Positions 20,054 to 30,098 of a stretch of 64,000 bases of DNA are shown piece by piece (position 1 is the stretch's first letter; each line of letters starts with the position of its first letter). The stretch comes from Planctomycetota bacterium (GTDB taxonomy: Bacteria > Planctomycetota > SZUA-567 > H5-PLA8): positions 96,001-160,000 of the forward strand of contig JBBRPR010000010.1 in NCBI GenBank assembly GCA_038227875.1. Direction: 5' to 3'. A program made the translations under genes and the position numbers. The notes below the pieces were generated by a model that was not told where the DNA came from, did no database searches, and worked only from the letters and a program-made list of their open reading frames with translations.

Positions 20054-20680
20054 ATGGCTGAAAAAGCGATACCCATCGGCGCCGGAGCTGCAATGAGCTC
20101 CGCTGCCGCGGACGTCTCCGATGCGGAGCTGCTGCGCCGCGTCGCTGCGTCCGATCACCTCCCGGCACGGACCAGGGCGCTGGAACTGCTCTTCGAACGG
20201 CACTCCGAACCGCTGCTCCGCTTTCTCACCCGTACCCTGCGCCACGAACACACCGCCGAAGACATCCTTCACGACGTGTTTGTGCGCGTCGCGGAAGCGG
20301 CGCCGACGTTCCGGGGAGAAAGCACTGTGCGCACGTGGCTCTTCACTCTGGCCTTGAACAAAGTCCGCAGCGGCAAACGCCGCGACGCCGTCGAAAACCG
20401 CGCCACCGAAATGATGGTGGCGTCCCGGCCGGCGCAACACACCGATCACAAGCACGATCCGTTCGAGCAGGCGCAGCAGCGCGAATTGCGCCAGCGCGTC
20501 GACGTGGCCATCGGCGAACTAGGCGCAGACGAACGCGAAACCTTTCTGCTCTACTGGTTCGGCGGCATGAACTACGCCGAAATCAGCGCCGCCAGCAACA
20601 TCACCGTTTCCGCGGCCAAGGTGCGCGTCCATCGCGCGCTGCTGCGTTTGAACAAACTTCTGGGCGAGGCCACGGCGTGA
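20054..20680 (+). CDS. ECF RNA polymerase sigma factor
   Basis: AEDILHDVFVRV, FRGESTVRTWLFTLALN, GMNYAEI...AAKVRVHRA. Confidence 0.9.
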   Translation: MAEKAIPIGAGAAMSSAAADVSDAELLRRVAASDHLPARTRALELLFERHSEPLLRFLTRTLRHEHTAEDILHDVFVRVAEAAPTFRGESTVRTWLFTLALNKVRSGKRRDAVENRATEMMVASRPAQHTDHKHDPFEQAQQRELRQRVDVAIGELGADERETFLLYWFGGMNYAEISAASNITVSAAKVRVHRALLRLNKLLGEATA

Positions 20681-20729
20681 CGTTTTACTCCGCCTGTTTT
20701 CGCCGACTGCAATTTTGGGAGAGCCGTAC

Positions 20730-23700
20730 ATGAACCAGACCTGCGAACACATTGAAGAGCAAATTCCCGATGCGCTCAGCGGCCGCTTGAATGGCGCCGC
20801 GCTGGCCGAACTGGAAGCGCACTGCGAAATCTGTGCGGATTGCCGGGCACTCTACGGTTCATTCGAACAGACCACGCAACTGTTGGAACGCGCGTTTCCC
20901 GTCTCGGGCGGCCATCGTCCTGAACTGTGGGATCGGATCGAATCCAGCGTGAGCGCCAAGTCGGCGCGCATGGCCGCGCCACGCGTGATTCCGGCGTGGG
21001 GCCCGATCGCTGCCGCCGCCGCGATGGTTGCGCTCGCTGTTCTGCTCTTTGCCGGAAGCCCGGCGCGCCGCACCGAAAACGTTGCGAGCGTGACTGTGCC
21101 ACCCATCACAGAAACTCCACGTGAGAAAACGTCGAAAAGCACGACGCCGACGCCCGTGGCGATCGCGCGCGGTCCTCGTGAGGTCATCGACGACACGCGC
21201 GGCCTGGCGCTCTTGCGGACGACCGGCCCGGTCTTTACGTTCGACGCGGAGCACCAGGCGTGGCGTCAGGTCGTCTCCGGTGAGCGAATCGCTTATGGCG
21301 CCGCGCTCCGCACCGCGCCCGGCGCACTGGCGGAACTGGCCTTCGGCGAAAGCCGGGTGCGCGTCGATGAAAAGTCGGAAGTCACGGTCTCCAACGCGAC
21401 GGTATCCGCCGCGCGGGTGGCTGAATTGACGCACGGCCGTGTGCGCGTCGATCTGCTCCATTCCGAACGCCCCTTTCAGATCCGCTCCGGCGGCGGCATG
21501 GTGGAACTCACCGGTACCGTCGTCGACGTGGACGCGCCGGCCACCGATCTCGCTTTCGTGCAGGTCCTCGAAGGCCACGTCCGCGTCACGCCCGCCGCGA
21601 ACACAGCCGACGTTGCGCCCGTATCCGTCGTAGCTGGGCAGGAAGCGTTGGTCGCGTCGCGCATCAACGCTGCGCTGCTGAAGTCTCTCCCTGCCGACGT
21701 GCAAGCGCGCTTGAGCGCCTTCAAATCGTCGCAGGCCCTCGGCCGCGATGCAGCCGCGAACTGGACGGATTCGCTCGATCATCCGCCGTCGCCGAAAAAT
21801 TCCGCGATCGGACAACTGATCGTCAAAGACGAACACGGCCGCGAAGCCGAACCACTGCGCATCGTCAGCATGGATGTGAAAACGCAGGTTCGCGGTCCAG
21901 AATCGATCACCCGTATCGACCAGAGCTTCTACAACTCCACCAACGGTACGTTGGAAGGCACGTTCTATTTCAACGTGCCGCCCGGAGCCGCGATCTCGCG
22001 CTTTGCGATGTACGTCGACGAAAAAAATCTGATCGAGGGTGAAGTTGTCGAACGTGGCCGGGCCCGCGCCATCTACGAATCGATCCTGCACGCCAAGCGC
22101 GATCCCGCGCTGCTGGAATGGGTCGACGGCAACACCTTCAAAGCGCGCGTCTTCCCGATCCAGGCGCGCAGCAACAAGCGTATCATCATGGAATACACGC
22201 AGGTGCTGCCTGCGTTCTTCGACACGCGACGTTACGTTTTTCCGCTCGTCAGCGATCTGGCGCAGAAAGCCGAAATCGGAAAACTGAGCATCCAGGTTCA
22301 ACTCGCCACCGGCGACAGCTCGAGCTTCAGCGAAATCGCGTCGCCGTCCTACTCAAGCGACCTGCGCATCCAAGGCGATGGTGAAGCCTTCGCCACTGCG
22401 TCGCTCCATCTGGAGCACGCCCGCCCGGCGGCCGACTTTGTCCTCAATTTCTCCGCGCCGCGCGCGTCGGAACTCTACGCGTCGGCATATGCGCAGAACG
22501 GCGAGCAGCCCTACCTTCTATTGGGCTACCAGCCGCGCCTTCCGGCCACCTACAAGCGCGCCGCGAATGCCGCGGGCCGCGACATTCTCTTCGTCGTGGA
22601 AACCTCCGGCGCGCGCACGCCGCAGGACCTGAGCGCCCAGCGCCAGGCGCTCACCGCGATGCTCGCCGCGCTGAACGATAACGATCGCGTCGCATTCGCC
22701 GCCGCCGACATCGGACTCGTGCCGCTCACGACACGTTTTCTCCCCGCGCGCGCCGCGGAAGTCGATGCCGCTCTCGCCGCGCTCAAGCAGCGTGTGGCGA
22801 TGGGCGCGCTCGATCTCTCGGCGAGCATTCGCGCCGCCGCTACCAGCTTCGATACATCAGCCCCAACTCGCGAGCGCCTGATGCTCTTCATCGGCTCCGG
22901 CGTGCCCGCGCTGGGCGAACTCGACAGCGGCAAAATCGCAGCGGAAGGTGCGGAAGCTCTGGCCAAAGCGAAAGCGTCGTTCGTCGCCGTCTCGCTCGGC
23001 CAATCGGTCGATGCGCTGACGCTCTCGGAAGTCGCGCGCCGCAGCAATGGTTTCTATCTGCCGCTGAAAGCCGACGAAGGCCTCGACGCCGCCGCCTTCC
23101 AACTGGCGCTCGGTCTGCAAACGCCGCTGCTCACGTCGCCGGAATTCAAAGCCGACGCCAACTGCACCGCCGAAATCTATCCCGCGAACCTCGGCGCGTT
23201 GCTGCCCGGCCAGGAGATCTTCCTCAACACGCGCGCCGCCAAAACCGGCGCTTCAGTGCTTCGCTTCACGCTGAGCGCCGAACTTCAGAAGCAGCCGTTC
23301 ACGTCCAACTTCGTGGTCGCGCTCCCGTCCGACCTCAGCGCCGACCCCGCCGCCGGCCGTTTCTGGGCGCGCGCGCGTCTGGATCATCTCCTCGCGCAGC
23401 CGCAAAGCGACGAATTGCGCAACGAAGTCATCGAACTGGCCAAAACCTGGACGCTGATGAGCCCGTACACATCATTCCTGGTGCTCGAATCCAACGAGGA
23501 ATACAAACGCTACGACATCGACCGCAGCAAACGCCGCCCGGCCTGGCGGGATCTGGAAGCTCCGACAGTGGCTCAGAATCCGGGCCAGTCGCTCATCGGT
23601 GTGCTCACCCGCGTCAAAGGCAGCAGGAGCGGGGTCGCCTACGAGAAGTCTGCGAATGCCTATGTAATTCGCGATCCTGCTGCGGAATCCACCGGCTTGC

Positions 23701-26700
23701 TGCAAGAAGGATTGAAGTTCTTCAACGAACTCGAATACGAGTCGGCGAAGCCGGCTCTCGAGCGCGCCGTTCTTCTGGATCCGACCAACGAAGTTGCAAA
23801 GCAGAAACTGCAGACTGTGAACTCGTTGCTCGCAATCCATGTAGACAAAATCGGGCGCAAGATTCGCGAATTGGAACAGGGGGAGCGCGTCAGGCAGTCG
23901 GAGTCGCTGGTCCAACTTGCCAACGCGTTTCAAGATGGCCGGAGTCAAGAAGAACTGGGCTCAAAGCCCGCGCAAGAAACGACCGGCGCGAACAAGGAAC
24001 AGATTCTTGCCGACCAGCTCGACCATTTGCGAAAGGCACAGGACAAGTTCCGCCGCGTCACAGAAATCCTGAACTGGTTGCCGCCGTCGTTCGACCTGCC
24101 GTCTGAACGTGCGTCAGTCGAAGATTCCTTGAAGCGCACTAAACAGAAAATCGCTGAGAAGGAAGACGAGATCATTTACCTGCGACGCGTCGCTGCGCAA
24201 AAAGAGGCCGACGAAAACCGCGTGCGGGAGACGGAATTGTTCAAGGCGCGCATTGCCAAACTGACCGAGCAGGTCAAGGATCGCTACTATCGCGGCGACT
24301 ACAAAGCAGCCGAGCGGCTGTCGACGCGGATTCTCCAGATAGATCCGTTCAACACGGACGCTGAAGGCTGGAAGTTGAAAGCGCAGGGAGCGGGGATGTC
24401 GCTCAACGGAAGAAACGCTTCAGAGCATCCTGATGAATACGTGGACGCGGATATCGACAAAGCGACCATTGGGTTTGCGCCAATCATTCTCTACCCATCT
24501 AACTGGGACCAGATTACACGGCGTGTGGACGATTTGACAAAAGTATCGCGCGGCAGCTTGGCTGAGAAAGCAAGTATCGGCAAAGAGTATCAAGGATTGG
24601 ATGCCCGAGTCTTATTCGGCGACTTTGGAGATATTAAGAATTTGCCACGCGTCGATCTGGGAACGACACGCGGCGAAGTCATTGATCCCTTCAAAGCTCC
24701 ACTGAGATGGGACCTTCAATCGCAAGCCGACGCGCACCGCGAAGCCGGGAAGCGCCTGTTCGATTCCTTCAAGCTCGCGGATACCAATCTCGAGAGTTCA
24801 GATTCTCGAAAATCCAAACAAGAGCAGAGTGAATTCGATCAATTGAAGCGCGAAATTGAAGATTTACGAAAGCGGCTAAAGACTGCGGGAACAAACCCGC
24901 GAATCACCTATGTGGATAGCGTGTTGGATAGCAAATATGGTCCCAATACTTCTGTAACCACGAAGAACGGCGATCTGAAAATCGGTGGGCTGACTCAGGC
25001 CTGGCATGGGAAAGAGTCAGATCCAGAGACCGCGGCTCGCATCCATGGTGTGGATTCGGAAACTGGCGAGTCGAATGCCGAGCAACGGGCTCGCATGCGC
25101 GAATACGAGAAGCAGAAATTCAGCACGGTAGAAAAGGCAGCAGAGGACCTAACAAAAGCGCAGCAAGACGATGAGTTGAAGAGCTATAAAGTTCTTAACG
25201 GTCGGCTCGATGTCCACTCGGAAGAGGTCGCTGAAGTCCGGGACAATGACACGGAAACAACCGGCCGCAAAGAGGTCGCCATCGCCGCGAAGGACAATAC
25301 CATCCGCCAGCAGGAATCACTGCTCGCTCAGGAGAAAGCGGAGAAGGAGACACTCGCCGAACAGAACAAGGCGTTGGCTGAACAGAATCTCCAACTCGCT
25401 GAAAAGAACGCCAGGATCGCCCAAGAGCAGGCTGCGGAAACGATGGCGCTGGGTCAGAAAATTGCGGAACAGGACAGTTTACTTCATGACTTGGGAACGC
25501 TGTACTCGCGCGGCGCGATGACGGATACGAAGCACGACGCGTTGGAGAAGATGCCGGAATCGGCAACGAAAACGCCAGCGCTTTCTCCGGAACTTGAGAT
25601 CTACGATGTCCGCGATTTGACAAATACCATTGCCGACTTCCCAGGACCGGAATTGAAGCTGGAGAAGAAAGAGGCCGCTCCGCCGACGCCTCCAACGGAA
25701 ACGGCGACACCGCCAAAGAGAGACATTGCGGATCTGATGGCAAAATTGATCGACAAGGGTGTGCCCAATACGTCGATTGCAGAGAACAACGGGCAACTCG
25801 TGGTCATGGCCGACCCCGTGTCCCAGGCGAAGGTGGCGAAGGCGTTGAAGGAAATGCGCGAGCCCAACAACTCCAATATCTTCGAAACGATAAATGATCA
25901 GTTGAAGACTGCTCGCAATACCGCAAAAAGCGGGGGATTCGGACCCGTGAGTTCGCCGCAGCCGAAAATCTGCGCGATCTGTAATCAGCCTTTGTTCAAG
26001 CACGCCGATCCGAATTTTGTCTGTCAGCCAAACGCGGACCGTAGCGACCAGCGAGCAAACCAGGAGTTGCGTCTCAAGTTCAACGCCGAACGGGATGCTC
26101 ATCAGGAGGCTCTCGCAAAACTCGCGACTGCGGAGCACGAAAATGGCAAGCTGCTGGCTGAAGACCAGGAATACATCAAGAAAAGTACGCAAGAATTGAA
26201 CGACCACACGTCGGTATTGAGTTCGCCGGTGCTCTTCCAGGGATTGACCAAGGAGCTGCTACGTACCACGCCAACCGACCCGCAGGTCCGCGCGCGAAAC
26301 GAGAAGTCGGAACTCGAATATGAATTGGCGATCACCAACCAGACGCTCAGCGCGCTGGAAAAGGATAAGCGCAGCGTTGAAGAAGACCTGGCACTTCAAA
26401 CCAGCCGAATTGAGCGGCTGCTAAAATCAGGTGTTCCAATCGCTCGGCTTCTGGGAGAAGATTCGGCGTCCGATGGGCCAGCCACAGCCTCGGCACCGAA
26501 AACCCCTCCAGCAAGCGCGCCTGGCGATGTTCTTCCAGGCTTCTTTAGCCGCGCGGAGATTCCGTTGGATCTGCCGCAAACCTCCCAGCGAATCGAAGTC
26601 ACGAAAGTGGTCCCGTCGCCGGTGCCGGAACATCCCGCGTCGCATGAACAACCCTACCGGGCAACCTTCGGTCCGATCAGTAACGATTCGGCCGACATCG

Positions 26701-28430
26701 CGAAGCTCAAAGATGAAGTGAACGCCGCCAAGCAGAAGCTCGCGCAGCAGAATCGGGACAAGCATGCCATCGAAGAAGATCTCGCCCTGCAAACCAGCCG
26801 CATTGAAAGGCTGATGAAGAACGGCGTGCCGATCGCGCATCTTGTTGGGGAAGATCCAACCGCGACGCAACCGTTCGTCGCCGATGGCCAAGTGCTGGGC
26901 GTTCGTCCTGAGATTAGACTTGTGATGCTGTCCATAGGTTCGCAACAGGGCGTCAAGCCTGGCTTCCAGTACACCATTAAGCGCGGTGACCAATACGTCA
27001 CACGAGTAATTGTCGAAAAGGTGTATCCAGATATGTCGTCGGCCCGCTATGTCGAAGGTCTTATGAATAAAGAAGGCCGTGAGGTCGAAGTGAACGACGA
27101 AGTCATCACGCGTGGCGGGAGCGCACCCGTCTCCGACGACAAACCCCTCGCGCCGAAAACCGCACCCGTCAATCTCTCCCGCGACCAAATCGCCGCACTG
27201 CTTGCCACCATGCCCAAAAATTCCGATGTCGCCGCCGCGCGTGCGGAACTTTACCGCAAGCTTGCGGCGCTCAGCACTGGGCTTGACGCCTGCCGCGTCC
27301 TCGCGCAAGGCCTCGCGGAATTCCAGGGTGAAGGGACGCAGGCCGAACAGCTCGCGGGCGATGTCGTTGTGCTCGTCGACAGTGAATCCAGCGCGGCGGT
27401 GCTCGACGCGATGCTGCCGCTGCTCAGCGATGAAAATCTGCGAGCGCGGGTGCTCGCTCGGCGCGGCGCGGTGGAACCGGACTTGAACAAGCGCTGTGAA
27501 TTTCTGGCGTCGGCGTTCGAAGCGTCCGGAAAAGAAGTGTCGTACCTTCACCCGCTGGCGGTGGCGCTGAATACCGGAGGGCGTCACGCTCAAGTCATTG
27601 CGCGGCTGGAAGCGAGTCTGCGTTCCGGCGGCGCGCAGAATTGGATGTGGCCGCTGCTCACCGTGTCGTACCGCGCGATCGGCGATGCGGCCGGCGCACT
27701 GCGCGCGGGCTCGCAGCTTGTCGCGCAGCATCCGCGGGAAGCGGCGCCGCGCATGGAATTCGCACGGGCGCTGGATGGCCTGGGCCGGGGTGCCGATGCG
27801 ATCCGCGAAATGCGCGCAGCCTGCACGTTTGCGCCGGAGAACGTCGACGCGGTGCGCGCGCTGCGCGACCTTTCTAAAAAGTACGACGATGCGGAAACGC
27901 GCGCGTGGGCGCTGCTGGCGCTGCTCCGCAACGACTGGGGCAACGACAGCCAGCCGATCTGGGCCGACACGCGCAAGGAACTGGACGCGCTGAAAGCCGA
28001 TTTTCTCAAAGCCGGAATGAAGGACAAGGCCGCGGATCTCGCCAGCCGAGCCCGCGAAGCGGACGTCACCGACATCGTCGCGGTGATGAGCTGGAACACG
28101 GACAAGACCGACATTGATCTGCACGTGGAAGAGCCCGGCCAGCAGCGCGTCAGCTACAATTCACGCTCGACGTTCCGCGGCGGCAACCTCGATCACGACA
28201 ACACCTCCGGCTACGGCCCGGAGACGTACACGCTGCGCCACGCGCCGGCCGGGCGGTACATCATCAAGGTCCACTACTATTCCGGCCAACCACCGACCGA
28301 CGTGACGATCAACGTCACGCGCCGCAAGGGCGGAGCAGAAGAGACGACGCAGACGTTCCACGTTCACCTTGAGAAGGCGCATGACGAGCAGATTGTGGAG
28401 ACGATCGATATTCCGAACGGAACGGAATGA
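20730..28430 (+). CDS. Giant anti-sigma protein: zf-HC2 - TM - FecR-like - VIT - vWA - mosaic centre - TPR - DUF2135/YfaP-like
   Basis: HCEICADC; TM; FecR-like LTHGRVRVD...VQVLEGHV; VIT LEGTFYFNVPPGAAISRFAM...RDPALLEW...FKARVFPI; vWA (ETSGA, degenerate MIDAS); MSPYTSFLVLE; C-terminal WNTDKTDIDLHVEEP...DNTSGYGPETY. Confidence 0.85.
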   Translation: MNQTCEHIEEQIPDALSGRLNGAALAELEAHCEICADCRALYGSFEQTTQLLERAFPVSGGHRPELWDRIESSVSAKSARMAAPRVIPAWGPIAAAAAMVALAVLLFAGSPARRTENVASVTVPPITETPREKTSKSTTPTPVAIARGPREVIDDTRGLALLRTTGPVFTFDAEHQAWRQVVSGERIAYGAALRTAPGALAELAFGESRVRVDEKSEVTVSNATVSAARVAELTHGRVRVDLLHSERPFQIRSGGGMVELTGTVVDVDAPATDLAFVQVLEGHVRVTPAANTADVAPVSVVAGQEALVASRINAALLKSLPADVQARLSAFKSSQALGRDAAANWTDSLDHPPSPKNSAIGQLIVKDEHGREAEPLRIVSMDVKTQVRGPESITRIDQSFYNSTNGTLEGTFYFNVPPGAAISRFAMYVDEKNLIEGEVVERGRARAIYESILHAKRDPALLEWVDGNTFKARVFPIQARSNKRIIMEYTQVLPAFFDTRRYVFPLVSDLAQKAEIGKLSIQVQLATGDSSSFSEIASPSYSSDLRIQGDGEAFATASLHLEHARPAADFVLNFSAPRASELYASAYAQNGEQPYLLLGYQPRLPATYKRAANAAGRDILFVVETSGARTPQDLSAQRQALTAMLAALNDNDRVAFAAADIGLVPLTTRFLPARAAEVDAALAALKQRVAMGALDLSASIRAAATSFDTSAPTRERLMLFIGSGVPALGELDSGKIAAEGAEALAKAKASFVAVSLGQSVDALTLSEVARRSNGFYLPLKADEGLDAAAFQLALGLQTPLLTSPEFKADANCTAEIYPANLGALLPGQEIFLNTRAAKTGASVLRFTLSAELQKQPFTSNFVVALPSDLSADPAAGRFWARARLDHLLAQPQSDELRNEVIELAKTWTLMSPYTSFLVLESNEEYKRYDIDRSKRRPAWRDLEAPTVAQNPGQSLIGVLTRVKGSRSGVAYEKSANAYVIRDPAAESTGLLQEGLKFFNELEYESAKPALERAVLLDPTNEVAKQKLQTVNSLLAIHVDKIGRKIRELEQGERVRQSESLVQLANAFQDGRSQEELGSKPAQETTGANKEQILADQLDHLRKAQDKFRRVTEILNWLPPSFDLPSERASVEDSLKRTKQKIAEKEDEIIYLRRVAAQKEADENRVRETELFKARIAKLTEQVKDRYYRGDYKAAERLSTRILQIDPFNTDAEGWKLKAQGAGMSLNGRNASEHPDEYVDADIDKATIGFAPIILYPSNWDQITRRVDDLTKVSRGSLAEKASIGKEYQGLDARVLFGDFGDIKNLPRVDLGTTRGEVIDPFKAPLRWDLQSQADAHREAGKRLFDSFKLADTNLESSDSRKSKQEQSEFDQLKREIEDLRKRLKTAGTNPRITYVDSVLDSKYGPNTSVTTKNGDLKIGGLTQAWHGKESDPETAARIHGVDSETGESNAEQRARMREYEKQKFSTVEKAAEDLTKAQQDDELKSYKVLNGRLDVHSEEVAEVRDNDTETTGRKEVAIAAKDNTIRQQESLLAQEKAEKETLAEQNKALAEQNLQLAEKNARIAQEQAAETMALGQKIAEQDSLLHDLGTLYSRGAMTDTKHDALEKMPESATKTPALSPELEIYDVRDLTNTIADFPGPELKLEKKEAAPPTPPTETATPPKRDIADLMAKLIDKGVPNTSIAENNGQLVVMADPVSQAKVAKALKEMREPNNSNIFETINDQLKTARNTAKSGGFGPVSSPQPKICAICNQPLFKHADPNFVCQPNADRSDQRANQELRLKFNAERDAHQEALAKLATAEHENGKLLAEDQEYIKKSTQELNDHTSVLSSPVLFQGLTKELLRTTPTDPQVRARNEKSELEYELAITNQTLSALEKDKRSVEEDLALQTSRIERLLKSGVPIARLLGEDSASDGPATASAPKTPPASAPGDVLPGFFSRAEIPLDLPQTSQRIEVTKVVPSPVPEHPASHEQPYRATFGPISNDSADIAKLKDEVNAAKQKLAQQNRDKHAIEEDLALQTSRIERLMKNGVPIAHLVGEDPTATQPFVADGQVLGVRPEIRLVMLSIGSQQGVKPGFQYTIKRGDQYVTRVIVEKVYPDMSSARYVEGLMNKEGREVEVNDEVITRGGSAPVSDDKPLAPKTAPVNLSRDQIAALLATMPKNSDVAAARAELYRKLAALSTGLDACRVLAQGLAEFQGEGTQAEQLAGDVVVLVDSESSAAVLDAMLPLLSDENLRARVLARRGAVEPDLNKRCEFLASAFEASGKEVSYLHPLAVALNTGGRHAQVIARLEASLRSGGAQNWMWPLLTVSYRAIGDAAGALRAGSQLVAQHPREAAPRMEFARALDGLGRGADAIREMRAACTFAPENVDAVRALRDLSKKYDDAETRAWALLALLRNDWGNDSQPIWADTRKELDALKADFLKAGMKDKAADLASRAREADVTDIVAVMSWNTDKTDIDLHVEEPGQQRVSYNSRSTFRGGNLDHDNTSGYGPETYTLRHAPAGRYIIKVHYYSGQPPTDVTINVTRRKGGAEETTQTFHVHLEKAHDEQIVETIDIPNGTE

Positions 28431-28523
28431 CGATGCGATTGGGTTCAAATTACAACTTTTGCACTTCCCAAGACTTTGCGAAACTGTTAATAACACCCTC
28501 GGGGGAAACTAGGGTAATGTTAG

Positions 28524-30098
28524 ATGCGCTGTTCCCTCGTGCGGTTCGGTGTCTATTTGGTTTTTGCGGCAAGCCCTTTCGTGGCCTATGCCAGCTCGAT
28601 TGATGACCTGCGGCAGGAAGTCGAGCGCCTCAAAAAAGAAGTCGCGGTCCACGCCGCTCCCGAAATCCCCATTGAACAAAAATATCCCGGCTCCGTCGAC
28701 GCCTGTTCATCCGCTGTTGCGGTGCGCAGCCGTGCGACATTGACCGTCGGCGGCTTGCTGCAGGTCTGGTATCAATCGGTTCAGAACGATCGGCGCGGCA
28801 TCGTCTTCAATTCGCCGGTCAGCGATCTCAGCGGCGAATCGAACCAGACCAACGACAACGATACCTTCCGTATTCGCCGCGCGGAACTGCGCTTCGTCGC
28901 CGATGTCGACGAGCATTTCAGCGCTCACGTCACGCTGGATCCAGCGCGTGAAAGTTCGGCCTCGTTTTACCCGCTGCCCACGTTCATGAATCACAACCGG
29001 CTGCTGTCGCCGGCGCTTCCCAACACCACGCTTGGCGGTGTACCCGTCGCCGCGGGCACACGCACGACGCTCAGCGCCAACCAGATCACGCCTTTATTAT
29101 TGGAAGACGCGTACATCAGCATTCACGATTGGCTGCCGCACCATGAAGTTCTGCTCGGACAGATGAAGCCGCCGTCGGGCGCGGAAGCGTGGACGGACAA
29201 TGGCGACCTCGATTTTGTCGAACGCTCACTGATCGCGCAGGCGTCGGACATCCGCGACATCGGCGTGATGGTCCACGGCACGTGGTTCTGCGAACGACTG
29301 CAGTACTGGGTCGGGGCGTTCAACGGGCCGGACGGCACGACACTGGCCGATACCGAGAACGTCACCGGTGCCAATCGCGCTGACGACAACAACGACAAGG
29401 ATTTTGCGTGGCGTGTTCTGGCCCGGCCGGTGTGGAATGCCGATGCGTGGTCCGGCCGCCTGGAAGTCGGCTACGCGCGCACCGATGGCTACCGCGGCAG
29501 CAGCGGCCAGGCCTTCGATGCGTCGACGCCGCTCAACGCGTTGAACGAGCAGCGTACCGCCATCAACCGGCAGAACGCCTGGTTGACGTACCGTCCCGGC
29601 GGAGTGCTGCGCGGCGTCTGGGCGCGCGGCGAATGGGAATCGCAGCATGCACGTTTTAGCGCGTTCCGCGGCCGCACGAATCTGCTCGGCACGGGTTCCG
29701 ACGCCGCGAGCATTGATGGGACAACGGTGATCTTCGGGCAGCTGAACCCCGCGCCGGTGACCGCGTCCGGCTGGAGCGCTTCGGCCGGCTACCGCCTCTC
29801 GGAATCCCGCTTCGCCGCTTGTTCGTGCGATTCCTCGGGTCTGCGCCAGGCGCTGAACAATTTGGAGTTCGCCTTCCGCGCCGAACAGTATGAAAACGTC
29901 GCCGCCGAAAGTTTCGTGAATCCCGATCGCGCCACGAATCTCTACCGCACGCGCGTCTACACCGGCGGCGTGAATTACTACATGAGCGCCGCGAGCAAAC
30001 TGCAGTTGAACTACGGTATCGTCAAAGACCCCCGCAGCGGAGCCCTCCGCGACGTCCGCAACAATTTCCTCGCGCTGAATTTCCAGGTGGGGTTTTGA
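28524..30098 (+). CDS. Outer-membrane porin (OprO/OprP-like)
   Basis: Signal peptide, short coiled coil, FRIRRAELRF, GQMKPP..E...LDFVERS, RDIGVMVHG, terminal NFQVGF. Confidence 0.8.
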   Translation: MRCSLVRFGVYLVFAASPFVAYASSIDDLRQEVERLKKEVAVHAAPEIPIEQKYPGSVDACSSAVAVRSRATLTVGGLLQVWYQSVQNDRRGIVFNSPVSDLSGESNQTNDNDTFRIRRAELRFVADVDEHFSAHVTLDPARESSASFYPLPTFMNHNRLLSPALPNTTLGGVPVAAGTRTTLSANQITPLLLEDAYISIHDWLPHHEVLLGQMKPPSGAEAWTDNGDLDFVERSLIAQASDIRDIGVMVHGTWFCERLQYWVGAFNGPDGTTLADTENVTGANRADDNNDKDFAWRVLARPVWNADAWSGRLEVGYARTDGYRGSSGQAFDASTPLNALNEQRTAINRQNAWLTYRPGGVLRGVWARGEWESQHARFSAFRGRTNLLGTGSDAASIDGTTVIFGQLNPAPVTASGWSASAGYRLSESRFAACSCDSSGLRQALNNLEFAFRAEQYENVAAESFVNPDRATNLYRTRVYTGGVNYYMSAASKLQLNYGIVKDPRSGALRDVRNNFLALNFQVGF

